Below are positions 9,514 to 19,173 of a stretch of DNA of 64,000 nt, piece after piece; within the stretch, counting starts at the first letter, position 1; the number at the start of each line of letters is the position of its first letter. Under the pieces are notes generated by a model. It made no database searches, was not told the DNA's origin, and worked only from the letters and a program-made list of their open reading frames with translations. The stretch is from Actinomycetota bacterium. GTDB taxonomy: Bacteria; Actinomycetota; Coriobacteriia; Anaerosomatales; UBA912. The DNA lies in contig JAGXSC010000007.1 in NCBI GenBank assembly GCA_018334075.1, positions 364 to 64,363 of the forward strand, written 5' to 3'. Position numbers and translations under genes: made by a program.

Positions 9514-11802
9514 GGTCATCAGCATGCTGAGGCTGCTCGCTTTGATCATCACCACCACCAGCGAGGTTCCCACCAGTCCCAGAACAGGCAACAGCAGCAC
9601 TGCAGCGATGATTCCTCCGACCCACCCGCCCATAAGATCAGCACTATAAAGCAGACCGGCTGTCCGACTTAAATCAGGAGAGCGGGCTAAATATATTTTA
9701 TTTGCTAGTGGGAATTTAAGGCCGACGAGGGCGCCGGCGATAAGTGAGAGCAGAAGAAAGAGTAGTTGCGCAAGAACAAACACAGTGACGTTCCCTAAGT
9801 GGGGGGCAGTTACAAGAATGACCAGCGGCAGCAAAAGGGCAAAGATGCCCACCGCCATCTCCAATTTAATAAATAGGGCGCGGTCGTCTTTAATGCGCGG
9901 CAAGAGTGCGGTCATTGCAAAGGCGCCCCCACCAACACCAAACATAAACGCTGCCACGAGCAGCCCCAACCAGTGGAGAGCAAATCCAAAAAGTGCCTGA
10001 AAGGCGAAGATGAGGAGCAGGTCAAAAACCATGCCTGCAAAGCCGGTCGTAGCAATGGAGTAAGGAACGCTCATTCGGCGCAGGCGGGCAGTTCCCTGCT
10101 TGAGTGCCAAAAGAATAGCGGTGCCGGCGACAATGGCCAGCGCAAAGAATGACAGTCTAAGCCCCTCCAGCCAGACGAAGAAATCGCGCAGATAGGGAGA
10201 GAACATCGCGTTCCAATAGGCAAGGCTATAAAAAAAGCCCTTGGGCCGAAAATCATGATTTACCTCCTCGGTTGCCCCTTCCATGGATTCCAAAAACCAG
10301 TCCATCCAGCGCGGATCCAACCGCAGCTCGAGATGAGCTTGACTGATAAGCTGCAAATCCAGCTGACGCTCTTGTAGCCTGTCATGGAGCTGGCTGGAGT
10401 CGAATGCTGTGACCTCCTTTGTCATAGAAGCCAGAATGATGTTGTTATCTCCGGGGATGATGCGCAGATACGGAAAGGCGCTTTCCAGCGTATTGATGAT
10501 AACGCCGTTCAAGTTCCGGAGCTCGTGGCATAAGTAAGTGAGTGAACCAGGCAGGCTAACAACCAGTATCCCGCCCTCCTTGAGCCTTTCTCGCGCCAAC
10601 AAAGCAAACTCGAGAGTAAAAAGGCGGTTCACCTGCAAGTTAGTCGGATCGGAAACCCCTACAAAGATCAAATCGTACTGACGTGGCGTCAATTTAAGAA
10701 AACGCCGGCCATCAACATGTAGCGTATGCACAAGTGCAGAACCAAGCTCTGCTTCGGTCAGAGGCGTGGGGAATTCTCGCACCAGATCGATCAACAAAGG
10801 ATTGATCTCTGCATAGTCAACCCGCTTTACTGTGGGATGCTCAAGGACTTCGCTGATCACTCCGCCAGCCCCTCCGCCGAGTATAGCCACACTCTCTGGC
10901 CGCGGATGAGCCAGCATCGGAAAGTGAACGAACTCCTCCACGCGCACAATATCAGGTGTCGGAGCGGTCAAAGCCGGGATGCCGTCGGTCAGGAAGGTGT
11001 ACTCTCCCTCGCGCTCAATCACCGCTACATTGCCGTAGGGTGAGTGTTGGTAGTGAACCACCTCCTGGCCCGGCCATTGCCGAGCAAGCGCATTGTGATG
11101 AAGCCGCTCATCGCCATCGGAAGCGAGTAGATAGACAAATACCACCAACACAGCCGTGAGCAGTGCGATGGCTTTTTGCTTCCCTCCATTGTCTTGCAAA
11201 GTAGCCAGGGCCACCGAGGCTATGAGAACCAAAACGCACATGGCAAAGACGATGGCAAAGGAGTGGAAAAAATTGATGAGGAAAAAAACAAATGCGACTG
11301 CTCCGACGATATGGCCGATCGTCTCCAAAACATATACCCGGCCGATTGAAGACGCGCCTTTGTGAGGCTCGCCCTCCTGCTCCTTAAACTGAGCGCAAAG
11401 CTTACATGTAAAAACAAACAGCGCGCCATGCAGAAGACTGGGCAAAAAGAGAACGAGGAAAGAGGAGTAGAAGATAGGAAGCACTCCCATCCCTACCCAG
11501 GGCATCACGCCGACGATATCCCGCACTATCCGCGCCAGATAGAGGGCAAGCGGTGCAGAGAGAACGAACAGGAGCGAGACCGCGAGAAACCAGCGTATCC
11601 TTTTTTTTGCTCGCTCGATCCGCTTCCCGATGAAAAACGCACCAAAGGCTTCGACAATAAGCCAGTTGGCCAAGACAATCCCTATGGCCAGCTCATTGCC
11701 GTGAAAGACCACCAGCAGCTCCCGCAGTAGGAGCAGCTGTATCACCATGCCACTGAAACCGGTTATCAGTGCGGCAAAAAGTAGCCGCTTGCTCATTCCC
11801 AA
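9457..11802 (-). CDS. Fused polytopic membrane / spermidine-synthase-like protein (fused MFS/spermidine synthase type)
   Basis: 781 aa: about 7 TM, then a central SpeE-like fold (SPYGNVAVIE..., ILGGGAGGV, EINPLLI, FVGVSDP), then about 7 C-terminal TM. The canonical GGGDGG is GGGAGG here. Confidence 0.7.
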   Translation of the reverse strand: MGMSKRLLFAALITGFSGMVIQLLLLRELLVVFHGNELAIGIVLANWLIVEAFGAFFIGKRIERAKKRIRWFLAVSLLFVLSAPLALYLARIVRDIVGVMPWVGMGVLPIFYSSFLVLFLPSLLHGALFVFTCKLCAQFKEQEGEPHKGASSIGRVYVLETIGHIVGAVAFVFFLINFFHSFAIVFAMCVLVLIASVALATLQDNGGKQKAIALLTAVLVVFVYLLASDGDERLHHNALARQWPGQEVVHYQHSPYGNVAVIEREGEYTFLTDGIPALTAPTPDIVRVEEFVHFPMLAHPRPESVAILGGGAGGVISEVLEHPTVKRVDYAEINPLLIDLVREFPTPLTEAELGSALVHTLHVDGRRFLKLTPRQYDLIFVGVSDPTNLQVNRLFTLEFALLARERLKEGGILVVSLPGSLTYLCHELRNLNGVIINTLESAFPYLRIIPGDNNIILASMTKEVTAFDSSQLHDRLQERQLDLQLISQAHLELRLDPRWMDWFLESMEGATEEVNHDFRPKGFFYSLAYWNAMFSPYLRDFFVWLEGLRLSFFALAIVAGTAILLALKQGTARLRRMSVPYSIATTGFAGMVFDLLLIFAFQALFGFALHWLGLLVAAFMFGVGGGAFAMTALLPRIKDDRALFIKLEMAVGIFALLLPLVILVTAPHLGNVTVFVLAQLLFLLLSLIAGALVGLKFPLANKIYLARSPDLSRTAGLLYSADLMGGWVGGIIAAVLLLPVLGLVGTSLVVVMIKASSLSMLMTSARLGLTGGEIELPAASS

Positions 11803-12947
11803 ATCCCCGGCACGGGGCGGCCAGAAAATGGCGATTTGCCATCAACGATTTTGTTATACACCACCGAAAAATGAGTGCGGTGAACAAGCCGCTCGCCGGT
11901 GTCCGGGCAAAACGTGGAGTTGTATTTGTGGCCGGGGACATTGCCGATGGTGACGAAGTTTATTCCCTGCCCTCTGGCTATGGTATGCGCTTTTTCCAAC
12001 GTCTCTATCGGTGTTGGCGGAAGGTGCGTCAGTTGGAAGCTGGGGAAAAATCGGCTGAAATGAAGCGGTACGTCCGGGCCTAGGTATTCCACAATCCACT
12101 TGCTCATTTCCATGATTTCGTCCATAGAATCGTTTATCGTGGGGATGACGAGATTGACGATCTCCAGCCATACTCCTTTTTCCTTGATAATCCTAAGCGT
12201 TCTCAGGACAGCGGGAAGATCGCCGCTGAAAGTCTCACGATAGATATCCTCACAGAACCCCTTGAGATCAATAGTTACCGCAGTGGTATATGGAAGCAGT
12301 TTGCGCAGCGGCGCTTCCCCAATCGCGCCATTTGAGTGCCAGATGAGACCCACTCCCGCCTCTTTCGCCAAAACTGCGGTGTCGTAAACATACTCAAAGA
12401 GGACGATGGGATCATTATAGGTAAACGAAATAGCGGTGACGCCTCGTTCCTGGGCTTGCTTCACCAGCTGCGCGGGGGGCAAATCATGGACGCGCCGGTC
12501 GGTAGGGCTGGCCTGCGACAGACTCCAGTTATGACATTGCATGCAGCGGAAGTTGCATCCCACCGTCCCGACGCAAAGGATGTCTGTTCCCGGGCGATGG
12601 TGGAGCTGAGGCTCTTTCTCGATGGGATCAATCATCACCGCCGAGGGACGCGAATGAACCAGGCTGTATAAGCTGCCCGCAATATTTTCCCGTACCCGGC
12701 AGGCCCCACGAGTCCCCGCAGAAATAATACAGCGGCGGAAGCAAAGCTCGCAGTGGACCCCGCCGCCCTCAATCGCCTGCCAGAACATCGCCTCGCGCAA
12801 GCCAGCAGCGAGCTCTTCCCCCACAGGCTTAGCCGCTTCCGTCTGTAATCGTTCCAGCCAGGCCGATCCCCGCACTCCGGCCACAGTAGCAACAACCAGA
12901 CCTCCAATAACAGCGCCAACTTGCAAAAAGCGCCGCCTATCCATCAT
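11793..12947 (-). CDS. Radical SAM protein of the AmmeMemoRadiSam (AmrS)/PflA-like type, with a twin-arginine signal-like N-terminus
   Basis: MMDRRRFLQVGAVIGGLVVATVAG is a Tat-motif consensus (RRxFL). AmrS-like blocks follow: CELCFRRC...GACRVR, DPIEKEP, GCNFRCMQCHNW (CX3CX2C). It overlaps the downstream gene by 10 nt. Confidence 0.75.
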   Translation of the reverse strand: MMDRRRFLQVGAVIGGLVVATVAGVRGSAWLERLQTEAAKPVGEELAAGLREAMFWQAIEGGGVHCELCFRRCIISAGTRGACRVRENIAGSLYSLVHSRPSAVMIDPIEKEPQLHHRPGTDILCVGTVGCNFRCMQCHNWSLSQASPTDRRVHDLPPAQLVKQAQERGVTAISFTYNDPIVLFEYVYDTAVLAKEAGVGLIWHSNGAIGEAPLRKLLPYTTAVTIDLKGFCEDIYRETFSGDLPAVLRTLRIIKEKGVWLEIVNLVIPTINDSMDEIMEMSKWIVEYLGPDVPLHFSRFFPSFQLTHLPPTPIETLEKAHTIARGQGINFVTIGNVPGHKYNSTFCPDTGERLVHRTHFSVVYNKIVDGKSPFSGRPVPGIWE

Positions 12948-13135
12948 GACTACATCCCTCCTTCTCTTGTCCAGATGTCAGGGGTCGCCCTGATCTCGCG
13001 AGCATCGATGGAGGTGTTCTTTCGCTTATTTCTCGATAGAATTCCTCGTTGTCATAAGATTTACCCTTTCGACATCCATATACTTAATAAACATACACGT
13101 CGACTCCGGACCGATAAAGCCATCGGTGACGTCTT

Positions 13136-14098
13136 TCAGCTCTCTGACTCGGAAAGCTGAGTTGTTATGTAGCGCTCTCCGGAGTCCGGCAATATGACAC
13201 AGATCAGCTTCCCCGAATTTTCCGGCCTGTTTGCCACTTTCAGGGCCGCCCACACAGCGGCTCCCGAAGAGATCCCGCAGAGGACTCCCTCCGAAAGCGC
13301 CACCTGCCTGGCCGTCTCAAAAGCGTCGTCGTTGGTGACCTGTATGACCTCGTCGATTATTTTGCGGTTGAGTATCGATGGGACGAAGCCCGAACCGATG
13401 CCCTGTATACGGTGAGGTCCGGGCTTCCCGCCGGAGAGAACAGGGGATGCCTCGGGCTCTACGGCTATCGATCGGAACGACGGCTTGCGACTCTTTATGA
13501 CCTCGGAAACGCCCGTGATGGTTCCGCCGGTCCCAACTCCCGCAACCAGAATGTCGACTTGCCCGGAGGTGTCCGCCCATATTTCTTCGGCGGTGGTCCT
13601 TCGATGCACTTCGACGTTGGCGGGGTTGTCGAATTGCATCGGCATATAGCAGCCGCGGATGTGGCGCATGATCTCCTTGGCTTTGTTGACAGCGCCGATC
13701 ATGCCCTCGGGTCCGGGTGTGAGTACCAGCTCCGCCCCGAGCATCTGCATCAACTTGCGCCGCTCGATCGACATCGTTTCAGGCATGGTGAGGATAAGCG
13801 GATATCCCTTGACCCTGCATACCCAGGCCAATCCGACTCCGGTATTGCCCGATGTGGGCTCGACGACTGTGGTGCCCGGCTTCAATCTCCCGTCCCGCTC
13901 GGCCGCCTCTATCATCGCAAGCGCTATACGGCACTTGACGCTATTGAGCGGGTTGAACGATTCAAGTTTGGCGACAACCTCTGCGTGAGCCCCCTTAGTC
14001 AACCGCCGCACCCTGACCAAAGGGGTCTGACCGACGGCACCGGTGACGTCTTCATAGATCGTGTTGCGAAAAGTGCCTGTTATTTGCTCATGGGTCAT
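13136..14098 (-). CDS. cysK: Cysteine synthase family PLP enzyme (CysK-like)
   Basis: [15 protein letters not shown] (PLP lysine; the usual KDR is KCR here), [15 protein letters not shown], and a C-terminal SGERY motif. Confidence 0.85.
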   Translation of the reverse strand: MTHEQITGTFRNTIYEDVTGAVGQTPLVRVRRLTKGAHAEVVAKLESFNPLNSVKCRIALAMIEAAERDGRLKPGTTVVEPTSGNTGVGLAWVCRVKGYPLILTMPETMSIERRKLMQMLGAELVLTPGPEGMIGAVNKAKEIMRHIRGCYMPMQFDNPANVEVHRRTTAEEIWADTSGQVDILVAGVGTGGTITGVSEVIKSRKPSFRSIAVEPEASPVLSGGKPGPHRIQGIGSGFVPSILNRKIIDEVIQVTNDDAFETARQVALSEGVLCGISSGAAVWAALKVANRPENSGKLICVILPDSGERYITTQLSESES

Positions 14099-14110
14099 CT
14101 TGTTTCTCCC

Positions 14111-14983
14111 TTAGATTACGTAGTCCGCTTCGTGAACGGTGTCGAATTCGTGAATGGCCATCAAGCGCTCTTTAATCCACCGAAGCTCAGGCGAATTGCG
14201 CCTTCTGGGCCGTGGGAGATCGATCTTGATCGTATTTCGGATAGAGCCCGGTAATGGCGAGAAAACCACGACCTCATCGGAGAGGTAAGCCGCCTCGTCG
14301 ACGTCGTGAGTGACGAGAACGATGGTCTTTGAGGTCTCTTCCCACAGCCGCAACAGATCTTCTTGCAGCCTCTCGCGCGTCAACGCGTCAACGGCCGCAA
14401 AGGGTTCGTCCATCAATATGATCCGAGGCTCTACAGAGAGCGCCCGTGCCAAAGCAAGACGTTGCCTCATCCCGCCGGACAGCTGGGAGGGGTACTTGTG
14501 ATCGGAGTCGAGGAGCCCGACCTTGCGCAGATAGTATGTGGCCGCCGCGTCTCTTTCCCTCTTCGGCACCTTGCGAATTTTCAATGCGAAGAGAACATTT
14601 TGGCGTGCGGTCATCCACGGAAAGACCGCGTAGTCCTGAAAGATCATGGCGATATCGTGTTTCGGGTTGTCATGAAAAAGGCTGTTAGCGATCGGAGAGA
14701 GCAGCCGGTACTTCTTGCGGTAGATCTCCGCCTCCTTGCGCGTAGAGGGCAGCGGCTCGAGCACCAGTTTGTTATCTATCCACACCTCTCCGTCACTTGG
14801 AGCCTGAAGTCCAGCCAATATCTCCAGGAAGGTTGATTTTCCGCAACCGCTGGGGCCCAACAATGAAACAAACTTGCCCTCCTCGATATGTAACGATATC
14901 GAGTTCAAAGCGGTGAATCCCTCGGCGGTTCCGTCCTCCTTGATAACCGAAAAAAACTTGCTCACTCCTTTAGTTTCGATCAT
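14111..14983 (-). CDS. ABC transporter ATP-binding protein (NitT/TauT family type)
   Basis: Walker A GPSGCGKST, signature LSGGMRQR, Walker B ILMDEPF. ATG at 14983, 4 nt after the permease stop (track ORF starts at 15028). Confidence 0.9.
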   Translation of the reverse strand: MIETKGVSKFFSVIKEDGTAEGFTALNSISLHIEEGKFVSLLGPSGCGKSTFLEILAGLQAPSDGEVWIDNKLVLEPLPSTRKEAEIYRKKYRLLSPIANSLFHDNPKHDIAMIFQDYAVFPWMTARQNVLFALKIRKVPKRERDAAATYYLRKVGLLDSDHKYPSQLSGGMRQRLALARALSVEPRIILMDEPFAAVDALTRERLQEDLLRLWEETSKTIVLVTHDVDEAAYLSDEVVVFSPLPGSIRNTIKIDLPRPRRRNSPELRWIKERLMAIHEFDTVHEADYVI

Positions 14984-14987
14984 TTTT

Positions 14988-15845
14988 CTACCTGCCGATC
15001 CGCCACAGCGCGAGCTTGGACTCCACATACTTCATGACCTCTATCAGAAACCAGCCGATAAACCCGAGAAGCATCATGCAAACGACCATACGATCTATCT
15101 GGAAGAACTCCTTCGCTTCCAGCAAGAGAAATCCGATGCCGCTACGGCCACCGTACATTTCGGAGATCACCATCATGACAAGCCCGGTCGCGATTCCGAT
15201 CTTGAGCCCCATAACCACAGAGCCAAGCGCGTTCCAGATGTAGACCTTCGTAAGCAGCGTAAATTCGCTTGCCCCAAATACCCGCGCGGAAGCTAAATAC
15301 CGGGGGTCTGTCTCCTTGATGCCCTGATAGGTATTGAAAAGGATCGGATAAAAAGCGCCGAGGAAGATGAGAAACACCTGCATCGGAAGACCGATGCCCA
15401 AAAGGATAATGGTGATCGGCACCCACGCCGGTGGTGGCACCGGGGCGAGCAGCTGGAAGAGCGGTAAGGTATGACTGCGGATGAAGGAGTTCCACCCCAT
15501 GAGCACGCCCAAAGGCAAGGCTACGGCGGCCGCCAGCAACAACCCGGCGCCAAACCGCAGCATACTCGCACCGATATGCTCGGCCATGTTCAAGTTGGTA
15601 AAGACGTCCCAAAAAGCGACCGCGACAACGGATGGAGCTGGAACCAGCGCCTCGGGCACAAGTCCCAATCTTGGAACGGCCTCCCAAACAATCAGTAGAG
15701 GTATAAGCACGGTCATAAATTCGCGGGAAAAGATGTTGCCCAGTGCAAATTTGGTAAACGCCTTGATTTCCTTGAGAAACACGCCAAGGAAGTGCCCGCG
15801 GCGCCTAGTCAGGCTATTTCGGCGAATCATCGAATCGTCAAGCAT
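14988..15845 (-). CDS. ABC transporter permease (NitT/TauT family type)
   Basis: 6-TM BPD_transp_1-like protein with an EAA-type loop (ARVFGASEFTLLTKV). Overlaps its neighbours in an operon. Confidence 0.85.
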   Translation of the reverse strand: MLDDSMIRRNSLTRRRGHFLGVFLKEIKAFTKFALGNIFSREFMTVLIPLLIVWEAVPRLGLVPEALVPAPSVVAVAFWDVFTNLNMAEHIGASMLRFGAGLLLAAAVALPLGVLMGWNSFIRSHTLPLFQLLAPVPPPAWVPITIILLGIGLPMQVFLIFLGAFYPILFNTYQGIKETDPRYLASARVFGASEFTLLTKVYIWNALGSVVMGLKIGIATGLVMMVISEMYGGRSGIGFLLLEAKEFFQIDRMVVCMMLLGFIGWFLIEVMKYVESKLALWRIGR

Positions 15846-16702
15846 CTGTCTTCTCCAAAAAGTTCACGTTGCGCGTCAGTCAAAGGCGTAAAGACCGCAA
15901 CCGGATGATTCTCCAATAGGCCGACCGGGGTGCCTGTCGCCGACGCTATGGCCGATCTGAGCTCCTCGACCGGCGCCTCACTTGCATTTAGCAGCGCCTC
16001 GGCAAGCCTGGATGCTGAGCTCGTATCCCTGGAGTCGACCAGAAGCAGGTATTCGGTCTGGAACACGGCAGGGGGGCAGCATTCGTCCTGGCCTTCCTCC
16101 ACATCCCAGTTTTGATAGAGGATGCTGTGTCCTTGTTGCTCGGCCAGGGCTGCGTGAGCGCTCTTGACGAGAATCGCATCAACCAGTCCGGCCTCAAGCG
16201 CCGGCAGCATATCCGGAAAGGGCATGTTTTTGTAGTTGAGCGAAGCGAGGTCCAGGCCAAACCTGAGCGCATCGACCTCGAAGTGGCGGACGAGCGCGCA
16301 CTGCGCCTGTACGGCGATTCTGGCCGATCCCAAGTCTCCCAGACGCATATCGAGACCTTCGCGCACCACTAATGTCGCGCCATATGGAAACTGCATGGTG
16401 CCGGCCACCATCAATCTCTCGCCACCTTGTGAGTCGAGGAGTTTTCTGGCTCGCGAGGTTTCGACAAAACCCGCATTCACCTCTCCCGCAATAAGCGCAT
16501 AGCCCACATCCGAGCTGCTTCCTGACCTGACTAGCTCCCACGAGCGTGAGCCCTCGTCAGCCAGAAAAAGTGGAGCAAGTAAAGGATCATCGACATAGCC
16601 GACCCTATATACTCCGCGCTGGGAGGCATCGATGCCCTGGCATCCGGCAAGAACCGCGAGCGCCAGAACACCGGCAACGACCAGTGAGACTACTTGTCCC
16701 AC
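15827..16702 (-). CDS. Second, divergent lipoprotein substrate-binding protein of the ABC system
   Basis: Lipobox LAGC. A periplasmic-binding fold is inferred from size and position only. The call rests mainly on operon context. Confidence 0.55.
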   Translation of the reverse strand: MGQVVSLVVAGVLALAVLAGCQGIDASQRGVYRVGYVDDPLLAPLFLADEGSRSWELVRSGSSSDVGYALIAGEVNAGFVETSRARKLLDSQGGERLMVAGTMQFPYGATLVVREGLDMRLGDLGSARIAVQAQCALVRHFEVDALRFGLDLASLNYKNMPFPDMLPALEAGLVDAILVKSAHAALAEQQGHSILYQNWDVEEGQDECCPPAVFQTEYLLLVDSRDTSSASRLAEALLNASEAPVEELRSAIASATGTPVGLLENHPVAVFTPLTDAQRELFGEDRCLTIR

Positions 16703-17667
16703 GTGATGCCCCTGAGCTCCTCGGCAAAGAGTGCGTCGCCAGGGTTCTCTCGAATGTTTTGCAGCGACACCAGCTCATCCGCCAGAGCACTCAGGCCCTC
16801 TTCCTGTATTTCAGTTGTAAACTTCAGGCGCGCGTTGCCATGACGGATCGCCTCTTCAGGGGCTCCCGTATACTGCACCGCTATCTCCACAACCCGATCA
16901 GCCACAGGATCCGCTGCGATTATGGCATTCGCTTCGTCCACCGCCTCGATAAAACGCTTGACCGCTTCAGGATTGTCTTTCAGGAAAGCAGTCCGGGCAT
17001 TGATTGTTCGGCAGGTAATTTGGGCGGCGGCCTCCGGTAAGACCACGTTGAATCCTTTGAGTTCGGCGATGCTGGTATGCGGTTCCTCCAGAATCGCGCC
17101 GTCTACCCTGCCCGCTTCAAGGGCGATGATCGCTGGACCACCGGCGAGCTTCTCCAGATTGAAGACCGCACCGACCTCGCGAGCCTTTTTCGAGTATGCA
17201 ATGACCGCCTCGCAGGTGGGGGAGATACCGGCGATGCTTTTACCATCCAGATCAGCATAGTCGTCGATCCGCGAATCCGGACTCACGACCAGCACGGAGG
17301 TGCAGGGGGTCTTTACCTGCGCGATCATTTTGAGGGGAGCGCCATTGGCGATCGCGGCGATTGCCACAGTCGGGCAGGACCAGAAAATATCCGCCTGCCC
17401 GGAGACGACAGCGTCCCGGGAGGCAGCGAGATCCTCGGCCTTGATTATTTCGACCTCCAGCCCGCGCTTCTCAAAAAGCCCGAGCTCCTTGGCCACATAC
17501 AGGTTCAAATGATGGGTGGTGCTCGCGTCAGCGACGATGATCCTCGTGGGCTTGGGTTGCGCGTCGACGTCACGCTGTTGTTCATCGGCTGGCGCGCAGC
17601 CAGTCACCGCCAACAACAAGGCAATACCGACGATCGGACTTATGATTCTAAGTATCCGACGCTTCAT
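16690..17667 (-). CDS. ABC substrate-binding lipoprotein, NMT1/THI5-like (SsuA/TauA type)
   Basis: Lipobox LAVTGC, then an SBP-like sequence. First gene of a five-gene minus-strand operon. Confidence 0.75.
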   Translation of the reverse strand: MKRRILRIISPIVGIALLLAVTGCAPADEQQRDVDAQPKPTRIIVADASTTHHLNLYVAKELGLFEKRGLEVEIIKAEDLAASRDAVVSGQADIFWSCPTVAIAAIANGAPLKMIAQVKTPCTSVLVVSPDSRIDDYADLDGKSIAGISPTCEAVIAYSKKAREVGAVFNLEKLAGGPAIIALEAGRVDGAILEEPHTSIAELKGFNVVLPEAAAQITCRTINARTAFLKDNPEAVKRFIEAVDEANAIIAADPVADRVVEIAVQYTGAPEEAIRHGNARLKFTTEIQEEGLSALADELVSLQNIRENPGDALFAEELRGITWDK

Positions 17668-17796
17668 GACTCTCTCCTTTCTGTAGCATCGAAGCCAGCA
17701 TACTACCGAAAGGAGCGATTTATGCGCACCTATTTCATGCGAATAGTGCGTATTGGTGTTTTACCTAACTGTGCTCGCCGCAACGAGTCCTAAAGA

Positions 17797-19173
17797 TCAC
17801 CCACTGCTAGCCTTGCGCGCTCGCATGATCCACCAGGCGGCGAGTGCTGCCACAACCAGCCCCAATCCGCCGAGAATCCACCACACAAACTGATCACCGA
17901 CGCCACCCAAAGACTGGCTCTCAGCACGACCGGCCGCATCTTTAGCCTCGGCACTTGCATATATCACCTGCGTAGCATCGGCCATCAGGGTTATGGGATT
18001 TTCCCTTCCTGCGCTCTCTGCCAGCTTTTCGGAGATCGAGCGATACTGCAACCTGGCAACAACGCTCGCCGAATCAGCGCCTTCGGGAAGGGCTGCCGTA
18101 AAGGTGATCTCTACTGACTCCCTCGGCGGAATTCTGTCATCGGACTGAACGCCTGTTGCGTCCCATATCTGCGCGGGATAGTTGCCTTGGGCATCCTTGA
18201 ACACAGTTCCAAAAGCGCGTCTGGCAAGCTCTGTCTCCCCACCGGAAGAATCGACGGAGACAACCTCAAGCCACATCTGGCGAACATCGGTAAGTCCGGT
18301 CGGAAGATAGTGTCCGGCTCCGACGTTAGTGATTCTGACAACACCCGATTGCTCACCAGAAACAATCTCTGGGACACTGAGCTCGAGTTCAGCGGAGTTT
18401 TGCAGCATCGCTCGGGCGGCTTCAGGGTTTCCCCTCTCGACATGCGCACCCCAGAAGGTCATGCGGTGAATCGCCTCTCGCTCGGGCCCCATGGCCGCCA
18501 CCCTGCCTGGCGAAGGCCCGATCTTTCCGGGAGCCTCGCTCATATGGCAGTCCTGACAGGTAACTCCTTCATCCGCCCATGGACTGTTCAGCCACTCTGT
18601 ATATGTAGCTTCCAGCGCCAACCCGTTTACCGGATGATTGACGTTGTGACAGCCGCCGCAAAACTCTGAGCCCCTGTGAAACTCCGAGAGCCTCGCCGGA
18701 TGGGGCGCCTGTGCGTCTTCAAGACCCCCTCCGTACACCCCGTCCAGCTGCACCCTTTGCGAGAGGTTCGTTATTGGCTCGTCAGTGCCAACGACCTGAT
18801 GGCAGAAAGAGCAGCCTATTGAGTCTGCGGCTGCACCCGTCATCTGCTCAGCAGGCAGGCCAAGCTCTCCGGTCATGTATGCGGCCGGCCCATGGCAGCT
18901 GCGACAAAACGTCTCGATCTGGGCTCTCGTCTCGGGCTCCGCCTCATCGAGCTTGGCCTCAAACGTTGGGTTGAACGATGCCTTGCTGTGCAGCGACTGT
19001 TCCCACTGGCCGATGAACTCTGCATGACAGCTGCAGCCTTCTACTGGAGTGAAGTCTGCGGAAACAGCAATTCCATCCTCAATCGGCTGTCCTGATGCAA
19101 GCACTTGAGCCGGTAAGCTCAAGCTCGCCAACGTCAGCGCCAACGCCGCAATCGCAACTGCCACTCTTCTCAT
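17797..19173 (-). CDS. Membrane-anchored multihaem c-type cytochrome
   Basis: Signal peptide (AALALTLASLSLPAQVLA). Four CXXCH motifs (CRSCH, CSFCH, CGGCH, CQDCH) plus one CSCH. C-terminal TM anchor (WWILGGLGLVVAALAAWWIM). ATGA overlap with the upstream Fur-family gene. Confidence 0.8.
   Translation of the reverse strand: MRRVAVAIAALALTLASLSLPAQVLASGQPIEDGIAVSADFTPVEGCSCHAEFIGQWEQSLHSKASFNPTFEAKLDEAEPETRAQIETFCRSCHGPAAYMTGELGLPAEQMTGAAADSIGCSFCHQVVGTDEPITNLSQRVQLDGVYGGGLEDAQAPHPARLSEFHRGSEFCGGCHNVNHPVNGLALEATYTEWLNSPWADEGVTCQDCHMSEAPGKIGPSPGRVAAMGPEREAIHRMTFWGAHVERGNPEAARAMLQNSAELELSVPEIVSGEQSGVVRITNVGAGHYLPTGLTDVRQMWLEVVSVDSSGGETELARRAFGTVFKDAQGNYPAQIWDATGVQSDDRIPPRESVEITFTAALPEGADSASVVARLQYRSISEKLAESAGRENPITLMADATQVIYASAEAKDAAGRAESQSLGGVGDQFVWWILGGLGLVVAALAAWWIMRARKASSG

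Noticed and set aside
17668-17796. A TPP riboswitch upstream of the NMT1/THI5-like binding protein, which would make the ABC system a ThiXYZ-type pyrimidine importer.
   Set aside because: No CTGAGA / ACCTGA / GGATAATGCC-type THI elements are present on the minus strand. The operon ends in a cysK-like gene, which fits a sulfur-related role better.
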